Shown piece by piece: positions 12,612-26,823 of a stretch of DNA of 64,000 nt. Positions within the stretch are counted from its first letter, which is position 1. Each line of letters begins with the position of its first letter. A program made the translations under genes and the position numbers. The stretch is from assembly GCA_973895155.1 (NCBI GenBank), contig OZ316898.1, positions 11,369,187 to 11,433,186 of the forward strand, read 5' to 3'. The notes beneath the pieces were generated by a model, which was given only the letters and a program-made list of their open reading frames with translations, did not search any database and had not been told where the DNA came from. The DNA is from Marsupella aquatica. Taxonomy: Eukaryota; Plantae; Marchantiophyta.

Positions 12612-15565
12612 CTTTTTTCTTTTTCTTTTTCTTGAACGGAATACTTTACTTATATGTCAAGTAAAACCCAATAAAACCGGGAGTAAAACAGGCCAGACCC
12701 CAAACCAGGTCAAAGACCCAACGCCACACAAAGACCAATTACATTCAGTCCAATGGGCACAGGCTAAAAAGGTAAAAAAGAGGTGGAAGCCACTAAACCG
12801 GCCACACCAAAAAAACAATACGCCTAATCAAAAGAAGCAGAAGTCAGGGCCAAACTCAAACTGAAGAACAGGGAGAGAAGCAGTAAGAACCAACTTCTGA
12901 CACACTGAATTAACCCCATCGAAAATCCCCAATTAAAGAAGGATTTGCCAACTGCCAACAACTAAACAACGGAAAAGACAGACATGACCAAAACTACAGG
13001 GTCTTCAAGGTGGACCGAAAAGCCACAATGGAGTGAATTCCACAATAAAAAGACCATCCTCCATACGGAAAAGGCCACCATCATGACCAAAATCCTGGAT
13101 CATCCTTCCCCACAAATCCTGCCTTCCATTGCCATTGAGTCGTAGTCGATCCTTCCCTTGCTTCCAAGCAATTTTCATATTCAATCTGAGCTCTCTCCAA
13201 ATCTTAATCTGAATCCCCACCAGACTAATACACACCTTCTCCTTTTCCCATGAGCACCAAGCCTTCCATAAATGCCAAATCATAATTCCTTGGACTAAAT
13301 GCCAAAGTTTATTGGGGTACCACGAATAGAACAATCCAAAGGAGCACCCATGATCACATGAACCGCAGAGAAAGAAAAATTTTGCAAGACTCTCGATCCT
13401 GCCCCTCTGCATAATCCAAGTACCCCATCTCCAAATGTACCGTGTCTCCCAGCAGCCCCATAAACAATGAAGAAAATCTTCATGCAAGTTACCCTCACAA
13501 CGTCCGCACCACCATTCAGCATCGTTACCAGAAAAAGGAATTAACACTCCAGCCTCATCCTTCCAAACCGAACGCCTTCCAATGTAGTGTTTAGTAGCAA
13601 AGATCCTATGAGTGACTTGCCATAAGAATAAATTAATCTTTATCTCTGAATGGTTTCCAAATATTCCTCCAAATATCTTTATCCAACGGTACAGCATGCA
13701 ACTCCTGGCTTTCTGCACTCCTACCATCTGCACCAAGTCTCTATTTTGTAGTAATTTCCAAATACTGGCAGTAGTAGCATGGAAGAAACTCATTCCATCT
13801 TTCCATAGGAATTGATCCGAGATTCCAACAATCTCATCATGGTGCCCTTTTAAGCCAATGCCCTTCTTCTGTGAGATCCAATTCTTAACTTTCCCAGTAA
13901 CCATCATATGTAAACTCACATTAGTCATTGGAACAGGAATCGTAGCAATCCTAAAATTAAAGAACTCCATCCTTAACAATAAAGGTGCCTTTAATACTTC
14001 CGACCACCTCTCCTGGATCCCAGAAATATTTCAAATTCTGATTCATCATCACCACCTCCCATACCAGATTTCCTTCCAAAATAGGTATATGAGAAACCAT
14101 CACATGAACTTCCGCATTATGTATCCCGAACTGTGGCATACTCAACCTTGAATTATTCAAAAGGGCCAGAAGCGCTCGATGTCTGCTGTTCTGCACTCCC
14201 TTACTGAGCATTTCATTCCAGGGAAAAGGCGACCCATCAGTAGAGCAAACATTCTGCCATTTCTGCAGACCACATGAACCCAACAGCTTCTGTTGATTTG
14301 ACTTGCACCCCACCTTGCTGATCGCCACATGAAGACCAGATGGAGACCACAATGGTAATTGCAATGCCATATGCAGGTTTGCCGGTATCGAGAACTTCAA
14401 CCCCGACTTCAATAGAGTTTTAACCTTATATATTCCATGATCTACAAATTCCCTTCCACAAATTAGAAACATTTGAAGGAAGTGCTTGACATATGTTAAA
14501 CACCCACGAGGCCTCAGACCCCCTAAAATGTAAGAAAAAATATTTATTTTTCAACCCCTATAAAGTTGGAATATTCTTGGAATATTCCAAAATTTTGGTT
14601 AGAAAGACCCTAATGTTTTTATAAGTCTCAAAATTGAATTTAAAAGACCCTATTGTTCTTCTGCAAAAATTCTTAAGTCTTCCCTTCAAACCAATAAAAT
14701 GACCTTATCTTTTGTCGCATGTGATGTGCCCTTTTTTGTGGAAGTGAAGCCCACCACCTTCTTTCTTAGATCGAGAGAGGATGTGAAAATTAATCCAATG
14801 CTGTGCTGAACTCTCTTGCACCGCCCACAGGAAATCGATCAGCACCATCTTAATAGCATGTAACTTCCGATCAGACCCACACCACATCGTAAGTGTAAAC
14901 CACAGAGAACCCATCAAAATATGGTTAACCACCAAAACCCGCGCCATAAAAGAATGTGGTCTCAACCTAGCTTGTACCAATTTTTTTCCATGACCCCCTT
15001 GATCGATTGAAGTATATTCACATTATCAATCCCTTTAGCACCAAAGAGAAAACCCAGTAGTTTCAAATAATCCTCTGAACTTTCCCACTGCCAATTTAGG
15101 TCAAATAGATCTCTTGGTAAAGGGTCCTTACTCAGCAGAATAGCCGTCGCTTTATCCCAATTGCATCTCAAACTAGATGCCTTGGCAAAAATCTCAAAGA
15201 ATTCCTTACAATTATCAATGTTCTCCCGTACGCCTTTGATAATAACTGTTGTTGTATTATCAGCATAAAACTGCTGTGCAAGGTGTAAACCTTCAAGTTT
15301 CTCAAATTTTATTCCCTTCACCATCCCCAATGATCATTTCTCCATCAGCAAGCTGTCTAACCCCTGAATCGCAATGATAAAAAATAACGGTGAAATAGAG
15401 CAACCCTGCCTAACCGATCTAGTAATATTGAAAGTCGAAGATACCTTCCCATTTATCAAAATCCCAGATGAAGCATTCTTCGTAATTGCATTGAAGAATT
15501 TGATGAAGATTTCACCAAATCCTAACTTTCCAACATCTTTTCAATAAAAATCCATTCCACAATTA
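12612..15565 (-). mobile_element. 5'-truncated, decayed L1-like LINE (RT C-terminal half, zf-RVT, 3' UTR, A-rich tail)
   Basis: Minus-strand fragments VRQGCSISPLFFIIA, QQFYADNTT, YLKLLGFLFG, ARVLVVNHILMGSLW, SKKEGGG and LWQVTHRIFAT...CGRC...EDFLHCLWGC, with frameshifts. A T-rich run at 12612-12633 corresponds to an A-rich tail. Confidence 0.85.
14495..14712 (-). mobile_element. Second copy of the 11880-12134 repeat, inserted into LINE ORF2
   Basis: The reverse complement aligns by eye with 11885-12110 (shared blocks such as AATTTTGAGA-TTATAA and TTTGGAATATTCCA) and interrupts LINE coding sequence. Confidence 0.6.
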
Positions 15566-15607
15566 ACTGTCTTTTCAATTAGAACTGTGGAGGAATCAGG
15601 TCAGGAG

Positions 15608-15990
15608 GGGGGAATCATATTCAGAAGATCCTTGGATGCCTAATAATGTTTCCTAGACTGGGGAATCATATATGGAAGATCCCTGAATGCCTAATGTTTA
15701 CTAGACTCAAACCAAGTGCACGCTACAGTAATGTAGTGTGAAATTACATATCATGTTTGTGGTGCCTGAAGAAAGAGAAATTACAGATCATGTTTGTTGT
15801 GTTTGAAGAGAGATAATCCTATATGATGAATACACCTTTCAGATTTTGTCTTATTCATATTAGTCATAAATACTTTTATGTCAATGTGCATTTTCTCTAA
15901 GGCGTATCATTTTTGTTTTGTCTTCTTCCTTACAATTAGTCACATATATTTTTATTTCAATGTGCCTTAATTTTCTAAGTGTGTCATTTG
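15608..15990. repeat. Cluster of three short imperfect tandem duplications (~40-75 bp)
   Basis: GGGGAATCATAT...CTAGACT x2, ATTACA-ATCATGTTTGT-GTG x2, TTTTGTCTT...ATTAGTCA...TCAATGTGC x2. Confidence 0.55.
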
Positions 15991-17324
15991 TGTTATAGAT
16001 GAGGAATGAATTTTAGGACCTCTTGTAAGTTTTTGCTGTCCTAGAGGATTAAATTGAGTTCAGTTTGACACCCCTCTCCACTTTTTAATCTTTGCTATCC
16101 TAATCATATACTTTACAACTAATTTTAGCATTCTACCAATTGAGAAAATAAGTGTTACTTGTTCTCATGAGCGAGAGAAATGAATCTGAGAAGTGTGGAC
16201 AACTAGTGTTATATCAGAAGAAAAGATATAGATATGTGTAAGAGATCTTATTTTTTTACAATAAAATACAATAGTAGAAGTATAGTATATGCAAAGAAAA
16301 GAGTATCTTTTAACAATGAGTGGGAGACAAGCTGTAGTAGTAAGGCACAAGCAAACAAATTACACAGTCACAATGATCAGAAAAAGTATAAGTCTTAATA
16401 TGGAATAAAGATATTGAACAGTTGTGCACATAAGGTACACATACTCACTTGCTTGAGGTAATGATAATCAATTCAATCAAAACCATAAGTTTAGGAAAAG
16501 TATCATGGGGGGAACTTAAGACTACAAGATATAACATGCTATATGTGAAGAAAGTAAGTTAAAGTCTATATGGTAAAGTCAGAAGCTCAGATCATGGTAT
16601 TAATCCCAAAAATTCCCCTTTGTATGACAGTCATTTTTTATAGTCTGTATCATCGAGAACTTAGGACATGGTTAATTCTATATCTATGTCATCAGGGTTT
16701 ATCCTTCAGCATGCCCAGTCTTTCACTGTTGTACATAAAGTGTGGGGCTGTTGGCTTTAGGGCCTCTAGACAGGTTCCCCTCCAGGACCCTCCTATGCAG
16801 TTTACTCCTGAGCTGTACCAAGCCTTTTAGTTAATTTGCTGACTAGAAAGATGTTTGTCCTTTCGGCTCTTATATGCTACTGTTAGTTGGTTCTTTTGTT
16901 TTTGGTTCCTTGGTTGTAGTGGGGGACTTTTTGGTCTTGTTTGACCCCTTTGGTCTTCTTTTGGCCTTTTCCTTCCTCTTTCTTGGGGTTGCTTTGCCTT
17001 TGCATTGGGACCTTGTCTCACGGTTTGGCATTTTTGTTTTGGGACATAGTGATGTATGTTAAAATGAGGTTTAAAATGCATGGTTGAATGGATCTATGCA
17101 GACTTAGAAATTAAAAAAGACTTGATTGGACCCCTCTACGGAAACAGACCCCTCAAGAGACCACTTCTTTTGAAAGAGGCTTGTTGGGGCCCCTGCAGCC
17201 TAAGCAGCACATTTCCACAGCCCCAGTCCCTACACATGTCCACAGTCACTTAACCAGTCTAGTACCATGCAACCTAGGTAGTGTCCGACCCATGTTATAT
17301 GGTTTTCCCTTTTATGATTGCAGA

Positions 17325-18157
17325 CTAGCTCAATACCCCTGTGTTGCACAAAAGATGTATGTTATTAAGAAAAAAATGTCGTGTCACCCAAGACGTCGTT
17401 AAAAAAAATGTCGTGTTGCCCAAGATACTATTAACAAAAAAGATGTCGTGTCGTGCAAGATGTCGTTAAGAAACAAACGTCATGTCGCCCAAGATGTCTT
17501 GAAGAAAAAATATGTCGTGTCGTCCAAGGTGTCATTAAGAAAAAATATTGTGTCACCCAAGATATCATTGCCCCCTCATTAAGAAAAAAGATGTCATGAC
17601 CCCCAAGATGTCGTTAAGAAAAAAAATGTAGTGACACCCAAGATTTCCTTTAGAAAAGAGATGTGATGTCACCCAAGAGGTTGTTACAAAAAATGTGTCA
17701 TGGCACCCAAGATGCATGAAAACAAGGACGTTGTGCGTGTCACCCAAGATGTCATTAAGGGAAAATATATCGTGTCAGCCAAGATATTGTTAAGAAAAAA
17801 GATGTTATAGCACCCAATATGTCCTTAATCGTAAAGAGACATCATGATGTCGAGATGTCATTAAGTTGAAAAGATGTCATAAAGACAATAATTGCACAAA
17901 AAATGACATGGTGAGAAAAAATGTTGAGGTGAAAAAAGATATCAAGGTGAGAAAAGAAGTTGAAGTGAGAAAAAGATGTTAAGAGGTTCAGAACAAATAT
18001 GTCGATGAGAAAAGAGATGTCAAGTTGAGAAACGATTGGAGAGAAAAGATGGTGATGGCAAGGTGAGAAAAATATGTGAAAATGAGGAAAACATGTTGTG
18101 GTGAGATAAACATGTGGAGGTGAGAACAGATGTCGAGGTGAAGAAAGATGTCAATAA
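17325..18157 (-). mobile_element. Helitron-like 3' end followed by ~35-bp and 18-bp (AAAAGATGTCGAGGTGAT-like) minisatellites; continues at 40375 beyond the CACTA insertion
   Basis: Minus strand reads TGTGCAACACAGGGGTATTGAGCTAG|T (degenerate hairpin plus CTAG-T). The same end motif precedes the same minisatellite at 41034 and 57265. Confidence 0.6.
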
Positions 18158-18554
18158 CACTAGAAGAAAACAGGGCCCTTTATGACCAATCACCCAATGA
18201 CGGAGATGAATAAATGACCAAAATTTCTAATGACACAAAAAGAATGACAAGAGAATGACTGTCCAAAATGACCAATAGACTGAAATGACAATGTTAACTT
18301 TTGCGTCATTTTGTATAATGTTTGTAATGACTGATGCGACCAAAATGACCCAATTTCCCTAAATGGTCAATTTAGACACATGTCTTAAATGACGCAATTA
18401 ATAACAACAATGATAAATCAATGTTTAGCACCATTATAGTCACTCTGGACAATGATTGAAATGACCAAAAATTTATTTGGGTCATTTTGGTCAACGGTGA
18501 TAAATGACAAAAAATGTATTTCCGTCATTTTTACCAACGGTGTTAAATGACAAA

Positions 18555-19070
18555 ACATAGGGTCAATCTGAAAATGAGAATATATCAGTGTTTATAATAG
18601 CATACTGTCATTATGGACTTCTTTCATAAATGACTAACTCTAGGGTCAATCTTGAAATTAGGACATATCAGTGTTTACAATAGCATACCGTCATTATGGA
18701 CTTCTTTCATAAATGACTAACTCTAGGGTCAATCTTGAAATTAGGACATATCAGTGTTTACAATAGCATACCGTCATTATGGACTTCTTTCATAAATGAC
18801 TAACTCTAGGGTCAATCTTGAAATTAGGACATATCAGTATTTACAAGAACATACTGTCATTAATATGGACTTCTCTCATAAATGACTAACTCCATAGTCA
18901 ATACTGAAACTAGGATATATCAGTGTTGACAACAACATACTGTCATTATGGACTTGTCGCATAAATGACTAAATATAGGGTCAATCTAAAAATCATGATA
19001 TATCAATGTTTACAATAACATACAGTCATTATGGACTTATTGCATAAATGACTACTTATAGAGTCATTAA
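18555..19070. repeat. 83-bp tandem array (~6 copies) in the CACTA left subterminal region
   Basis: CTCTAGGGTCAATC at 18638, 18721 and 18804. Each unit contains an inverted pair GTCATTA...AAATGAC. Confidence 0.9.
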
Positions 19071-19139
19071 AGAACCCAAGAGATATGAAGATTAAAATAC
19101 TCAGTAGTTATTCCATACATCGATCATAATTGTAGAGTC

Positions 19140-22100
19140 ATTGATATAGTTGATAACCCTTCCACTAAATGCGGGACACAATACTCATCATTGTCCTCCC
19201 ACTGGTTGCGGCATTAGCAATTTGAACACATGTCTTGCATTTACTTAAGGCGTGATGCACCTAGCTTTGGGGAAATCACTCTCAAGTCATACACCTTTGG
19301 AGTGATTTGCCAGAAGTGTTACCATATATAGATGCATACTATCGTATCCAAAGGCAAATGAAGCCTTTTTGTCTCTCCAAGAAGTAGGGCAATACCAATG
19401 GAAGTTTGTCATCCTTTGTTGTAATTGTGTCATGTTTGTGCCAATGTTTGGATGGGCAATATTTTAATTTGCAAATGAATAGTGATGGGGCATTCAAGGA
19501 GCTAGTGTAATCTTTATTGGGTCATTTCTAAAAACATTTGCATCACAAATACCAATGACTACAAGTAGGGTCATTAAATTTGTCATATGGACTGTAATAT
19601 AAGTCAAGTGACTAGACTTGTGGTCATTTGTGTGGTCCCTCATGCAGTCATTAAACACAAGCACTAATGACCAGTTTGGGGCTAGGGGTTGGAGGTGGGC
19701 CCTAGAGTGCGATGGGGCCCCACATAGAGGTGAGAACCCCTCCACTAGGTGCGGGACACTATACTCATCATTGTCCAACCACTAGTTGTGACGTAAGCAC
19801 TTTGGACACATGTTTTTGCATTTACTTAAGGCATGATGCACCTTTGGGGAAATCACTCCCAAGTCGTATGACTTTGGAGTGATTTGCCAAAAGTGTCACC
19901 GTGCATGCATACCATCACATCCAAAGGAAAATAAAACTTGTTTTTTGGTTCTCCAAGAGGTGGTGTTGCACCAATGGAATGGGCAGGGGAGTCGTGCTTC
20001 TCAGTATGGTGTGGGTGCGGGTTTAGGGAAGAGGAATATTCCAACCTTACAAGGAATCTAAAGTTGGCTCTCTTTGGAGATACTAGGGCCTTTATTGGGT
20101 CATATGTGAGCAATGGCCCATCATAAATACCAATGACTACAAGTAGGGTCATTAAATTTGTCATATGGACTGTCATATAAGTCAAGTGACTGGACTTGTG
20201 GTCATTTGTGTGGTCCCTCATGCAGTCATTAAACACAAGCACTAATGACCAGTTTGGGGCTAGGGGCTGGAGGTGGGCCCTAGAGTGCGATTGGGCCCCA
20301 CATAGAGGTGAGAACCCCTCCACTGGGTGTGGGACACTATACTCATCATTGTCCAACCACTAGTTGCAACATAAGCACTTTGGACACATGTTTTGGCATT
20401 TACTTAAGGCATGATGCACCTTTGGGGAAATCACTCCCAAGTCATATGACTTTGGAGTGATTTGCCAAAAGTGTGTCCATGCATGCACACCATCACATCC
20501 AAAGGCAAATAAAACTTGTTTTTTGGTTCTCCAAGAGGCGGTGCTGCACCAATGGAATGGGCAGGGGAGTCGTGCTTCTCAGTATGGTGTGAGTGCGGGT
20601 TTAGGGAAGAGGAATATTCCAACCTTGCAAGGAATCTAAAGTTGGCTCTCTTTGGAGATACTAGGGCCTTTATTGGGTCATATGTGAGCAATGGCCCGTC
20701 ATAAATACCAATGACTACAAGTAGGGTCATTAAATTTGTCATATGGACTGTCATATAAGTCAAGTGACTGGACTTGTGGTCATTTGTGTGGTCCCTCATG
20801 CAGTCATTAAACACAAGCACTAATGACCAGTTTGGGGCTAGGGGCTGGAGGTGGGCCCTAGAGTGCGATTGGGCCCCACATAGAGGTGAGAACCCCTCCA
20901 CTGGGTGTGGGACACTATACTCATCATTGTCCAACCACTAGTTGCAACATAAGCACTTTGGACACATGTTTTGGCGTTTACTTAAGGCATGATGCACCTT
21001 TGGGGAAATCACTCCCAAGTCATATGACTTTGGAGTGATTTGTCAAAAGTGTGTCCATGCATGCACACCATCACATCCAAAGGCAAATAAAACTTGTTTT
21101 TTGGTTCTCCAAGAGGTGGTGCTGCACCAATGGAATGGGCAGGGGAGTCGTGCTTCTTAGTATGGTGTGAGTGCGGGTTTAGGGAAGAGGAATATTCCAA
21201 CCTTGCAAGGAATCTAAAGTTGGCACTCTTTGGAGATACTAGGGCCTTTATTGGGTCATATGTGAGCAATGGCCCGTCATAAATACCAATGACTACAAGT
21301 AGGGTCATTAAATTTGTCACATGGACTGTCATATAAGTCAAGTGACTGGACTTGTGGTCATTTGTGTGGTCCCTCATGCAGTCATTAAACACAAGCACTA
21401 ATGACCAGTTTGGGGCTAGGGGCTGGAGGTGGGCCCTAGAGTGCGATGGGGCCCCACATAGAGGTGAGAACCCCTCCACTGGGTGCGGGACACTATAATA
21501 CTCATCATTGTCCAACCACTAGTTGCAACATAAACACTTTGGACACATGTTTTGGCGTTTACTTAAGGCATGATGCACCTTTGGGGAAATCACTCCCAAG
21601 TCATATGACTTTGGAGTGATTTGCCAAAAGTGTGTCCATGCATGCACACCATCACATCCAAAGGCAAATAAAACTTGTTTTTTGGTTCTCCAAGAGGTGG
21701 TGCTGCACCAATGGAATGGGCAGGGGAATCGTGCTTCTCAGTATGGTGTGGGTGCGGGTTTAGGGAAGAGGAATATTCCAACCTTGCAATTGCGGGTTCT
21801 CTTTGGAGGTACTAGGGCCTTTATTGGGTCATATGTGACCAATGACTTGTCATAAATGCCAATGACCAAAAGTCAAGTCATTAAAACTGTCATATGGGAA
21901 GTCATATAAGTCAAGTGACTAGACTTGTGGTCATTTGTGTGGCCCTTCATGCAATCATTAAACAGAAGCACAAATGACAAGTTTGGGGCTAGGGGCTGAA
22001 GGTGGGCCCTAGAGTCCCATGTGGCCCCACATAGAGCTCGCAACCCCTCCACTATGTGCAAAATACTATATTTACTATTCTCCAACCACTAGTTGCACCA

Positions 22101-23100
22101 TTAGCACCGTACCTCATGTGAGTTTTTGCGTTTACTTAAGGGATGATGCAACATTGGGGAAATCACTCCCAAGTCATACAACTTTGGAGTGATTTGCCAA
22201 AAGCACCAAAATGGATCATGAATATCTTATGTTCCTAAGGCAAATGGAGCCATTTGTTTAGTTCCTCAACGAGGTAGTGCAACACCAATGGGATGGGCAT
22301 GGTAGTGGTGCTTCCCTCTACGGTGGACATGTGTGTTGGTTAAAGGAATAGGAATATTCCTATTTTACAAGAAATCTAAAGCGGCCTCTTTCTTGACGTA
22401 CTAGGACCTTCATTGGGTCATTTTTTAACAAAGTCGTGTCATAATTGCCAATGACTACAAGCAGGGTCATTGAATTGGTCATATGGGATGTCATATAAGG
22501 CAAATGACTGGACTTTGAGTCATTTGAGATGTCCCTAGTGCAGTCATTGGAGACAAGCATGAATGACCAATTTGGGGCTAAGGGTTGGAGGCGGGCCCTA
22601 GAGTGCCATGTGGCCCCACATAGAGCTCGCAACCCCTCCACTAGGTGCAAAATACTATATTTACCATTCTCCAACCACTAGTTGCACCAGTAGCACTTTG
22701 GAGCCGTGTTTTGCGTTTACTTTAGGCACAATGTAACTTTGGGGAAATCACTCCCAAGTCATACAACTTTGGAGTGATTTGCCAAAAGTGTCACGTACCC
22801 TGCATGCATACCGTCCTATCCAAACGGCAAACAAAAATTGTTTTTGTCTCTCCAAGAGATATATAATGCAATACTAGTGGAAGACTATGTCCTTCTATAT
22901 AACTATGTCATGTTTGTGCCGATATTTGGATTTGGATATATTCTATTAAATTCCAAATGAATTGTAAGGGGGCACTCCGAGAGGTAATGTACTCTTCATT
23001 GGGTCATTTTCACATAATGGTGTGTCATTAATGCCAATGACTACATATAGGGTCATTTTTATAGTCATATTTGTGGTCATTAGACAGGTCCCTCATGGTG
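19140..23100. repeat. ~578-bp tandem array (~7 units) inside the CACTA
   Basis: Near-palindrome AAATCACTCCCAAGTCAT|ATGACTTTGGAGTGATTT recurs at 19273, 19850, 20428, 21006, 21587, 22160 and 22745. Confidence 0.92.
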
Positions 23101-23899
23101 TGTCATTAATGAAAACACCTCAAATTAGGGTCATTTTGGTTGTCATACTACAGGTAAGAAGTTCCAAATGATTGGAAATGTGGTCCTTACAAAGGCTATT
23201 GGGGGGTTCTCTTTGGAGGTACAAGGGAGTTCATTGGGTCATTTGTGAATTAAATAGTGCTTCAATATGAATGACTAAAAGTGGGGTCACTCACGCTGTC
23301 ATCTTGGAAGCCATTAATGTTGGCATATTGGAGGTCATATAGTCATGGTGAGACTAATAAGGTAGTCCAAAATTGTGTTCATGCATATGGTCCTTTTTGC
23401 AGACATAACCTATCACCCAAAAAACATGGCCGGTACATAGTTAATTACACTAATGTAATCCACAACACCCTCACCTCCCATTAAGGAGGTTTAAATGAGG
23501 GGCGGGTTATGGGCACCTACACAAACAGCCATGACCTTATGGGGGTGTCGCGACATTATGAGCTATTTACCTTCAGTGCCTTCCCTAGGGCCTTATGGGG
23601 GCGTCCCGACCTTGTTATTAACTTATTTAGTTGGTATTATCTATGGGCCTTATGGGGGGGTTTTGTTACATTGTTATTAACTAGTCTCAAAAAATAACCC
23701 TAATTAATGACCCACAATATCCACCATCCCCATCCAACAAAATACCTTACCTTTACGGGGTTTAGGGGTCCAGCAATTAGGTTTATCCCGCTCAAGTGGT
23801 CTTGCGTACCAACAGGAGCCCTTTTTCCTCAACAAACATCGAGAGGGCAACGCGATATGTGCTTATGTCTTGGCATGCCTTTGTGTGCACATTGCAAGG

Positions 23900-24470
23900 G
23901 CTTAGGGCTGCGCAGCTTTGTGCTCCATTCCACCAAGCGCAGGGAACGAAGGCGAGCACATTTGCCCTGGGAGCATAGGTGGGATTTGCGGGAGGGGATG
24001 AGCTGCGACACTCTTCCGAGCACATTTGCCCCGGGAGCACAGATTGGAGTTGCGGGAGGGAAGGGAAGGCATTCGCGCGTTGGTCTCACCATTTAGACCT
24101 GCAGGAGCACAGGTTGGAGTTGCGGGAGGGGAGGAGTTTTGACACTCTTCCGAGCACATGTTTGAGTTGCAGGAGGGAAGGGAAGGCATTCGCGCGTTGG
24201 GGACCCCTATCATTGTGGGAGGCAAAAACAGTGGAAGCTCGTGGATCGGAGGCAGTGACAGCAACTAGTCTCACTGTTCGTGAAGGAGCTGTGGCAGCTA
24301 CGGGAGGTATTACATCGGGAGCTGCGGAGCTGTTGGAGGAGTTGCAGAGCTGCGGGAGGAGCTTCGGAGCTGCGGGAGGAGCTACGGGAGCTGCAAGAGG
24401 TTACATCAGGGAGGAGTTGCAGCAGCGCTGGTCGGTGAGGAGCTGTTGGTCGGTCAAGAGCTGCAAAGAG
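23900..24470 (+). promoter_or_regulatory. Probable GC-rich promoter / first non-coding exon of the CACTA transcript
   Basis: CpG-rich block with GCGGGAGGGAAGGGAAGGCATTCGCGCGTTGG-like and GAGCTGCGG repeats, ending at the donor-like AG|GTATGA (24470) and followed by U-rich intron-like sequence. Confidence 0.4.
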
Positions 24471-26823
24471 GTATGACCTTATTCCCATTGGCGCCCATGT
24501 TGTGATTTGCCTGGTTGCTCTGTGCTCTCCACTTCCGGCTCCACCCCAGCTTGGGACTTGCAATGTGCTGTGTTGGGACCTGTGTTGCTGTGTGCCAGAG
24601 CTCTCTGCTTATGTTTTTTCTCTATCTATCCCTCTCCATTTGCTACATGTTCTCTGATCTTCTATTCTATTGCCATTTGCTACATGTTCTTTGAGTTTGT
24701 TGAGTTTCAATTGGTTGTCCACCTTCTCGCCCTCTGTAGCCTATTGCATCACAAGTGCCTGCATTTCCTTCCTTGTCCCATGCTGGCTCCACTGCGACCT
24801 TCCATTAACTATCAGAGACCTAAGAAATTTAACTATCTTCAAGCTTTATTGTTTGTTTTGGCAAAATCTTCCCAAACCTGAACGGCTGCCTGCACTGCCC
24901 GCGAAAGCCTTTCGTCCTCCAAAACCCCATGCCTCCGTAGCTGAGCGCTCCACTGATCATGCTTCTGACGAAGTATCAAGACTTGGGCTTTGAATGACTC
25001 CACCTCAGCTTTATCGTTTGTTTTGGCAAAATCTTCTTGATTGTAATCAGGCAGCGGAGATCGCAGACAGATCCAATTGCTAAGAAATGGTTTTTTCTCT
25101 CTCTGTTTCTTAGCTTTCTCCTATTTACCACAACTAAATCAAGTGCCTGAGTTTTGACCGAGTTGTCCTCTGTCTGTCTGCTGTTGATTTCTGATTGCTA
25201 CTTGCCGTATTAGTCTACTATTGAGTGCAGTTTGTTTTGTCTGCTATGTCCAGCTCAGTTTGTTGTCTTGTTGTCGTCTGGCAATTATTGCCAATTATTC
25301 TGACTGCGTGAAAGGCTGTTCTATTTAGTGCTGCCTAATTGAACATAAAAATATGCTATTAAGTTGATTGAGTTTAGGCAAATCTGGATGCCGTACCCTT
25401 GTGTTCAAAATTCTATATCTGGCTGTGTTTGTTGTGTTCAAAATTCTATTGGCAGTGTCTGACCTAGAAAGATAACCTGATGTATCGCGAACCTTTTGAG
25501 TGTGCTCCCAAAGTCCCTGTAGATGCCACTCCTTCTCTGTTTTAAATGAGTAAACTCCTTTCCTCCATATTGAAATGTCATCCTGGACCTAAGCTACGAG
25601 GAACTGCGAGGTGACTCGTGACAATCTCTGTGGTGCAAGGTGAGCTTGATCTCTTATTATTACAATGTAGTCCTTATTTTTCCATTGTATGATGTTTTCC
25701 TTAGTCTGTCTGTGTTCCTCAATCAATTGGTTTCCTTACTCTTCTTTTGACATCCCTCTGTATCATAGCCCTTTTCTTTTCTCTTTTTTTTACTGAAGAG
25801 AAGTGCAGGCATGTATGGTGAATCCTCACTGGATTCCGGCAACGACTCTGTAGAATTCTGTTGCCAAAAAGTTTCAGAGTTTTGTGTATGGTTTGCCAAC
25901 TGCTGTGCCACCTCAGAGAATTCCTCAGTGGCTTTTGTACAAGCCTTGCTCTTCAACTATGGTAATTTACAGCTAACTGTCTGACGTTCACACAACATCC
26001 ATACACAGCAATGAATACAACTCCATGAATACAGCCACATGATTTCCTTTGGTCTGCAAACTAGACGAAACTAAACTAAAATCAGCTTGGTCAATTTTAA
26101 ATTCTTTGTAAGGGTCTCTAACAGCAGCCCGGTAATGCCACGACTGCACGCAGATAGAGTACGGTGCAGCTTTTGAAAAAGTGGGTGGACCAGCAGTTTG
26201 AAAAAGTGGGTGGACCGGCAGCTAGCTTGTTGAGAGTAAAGCAACTTATGGTTCTGTAACAGATGTGTGCAGCAGCTTAAGATGTAGAAGGCACGCAATA
26301 AAACTTGGTTTTTACAGATTTAAAAAAGGGCAGGGTGAGTGAGCACTGCATGTTGAACTTACAGGTCCGAATTATCTTGATTTGATTTTGTTGCTAAAAT
26401 TCGTGTCTCTTGCCTGAGTCCCAGTTTGCTGGAGTTTTGTTGCTCTCTGTGCTTTGTTGTGCACATCGTTGTGTTTGTTTGTCCATTTTAAAACCTGAGA
26501 GCCAAATGAATGCTTTGCTGAAACTCAATTGCTATTTGTTCTGTGTTGCCCTTACAGATTTTAAAAAGGCAGGGTGAGTGAGCACTGCTGTACAGCAAGC
26601 GAAGGCATACAGGTTGCAATATTTGTGATTGCTTCCAATCATAGGCCAAGGTTAGGGCTCTGCTCAGCCCTAAATGCTTTGCCATCCATAAAGCATTGGT
26701 TTATGCTGCACCCTTGTGGTTACATGTCATATTTTATGCTACACCCTCATTCCTTTGTGTCATGCTGCACCCTGTTATTCCTTCGTGTTTCACAATCTGA
26801 TGTAGGTCTGAGTGTGCAGGACC

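Noticed and set aside
19494-22674. Repeated ~167-aa ORFs (MDNDEYSVPH...) and their antisense partners
   Set aside because: They arise from the 578-bp tandem unit, mostly use non-ATG starts, show no recognisable domain and break in the outer units.
18555-23100. CRISPR-like array of palindromic repeats
   Set aside because: The intervening sequences are homologous to each other rather than unique spacers; the context is eukaryotic and has no cas genes.
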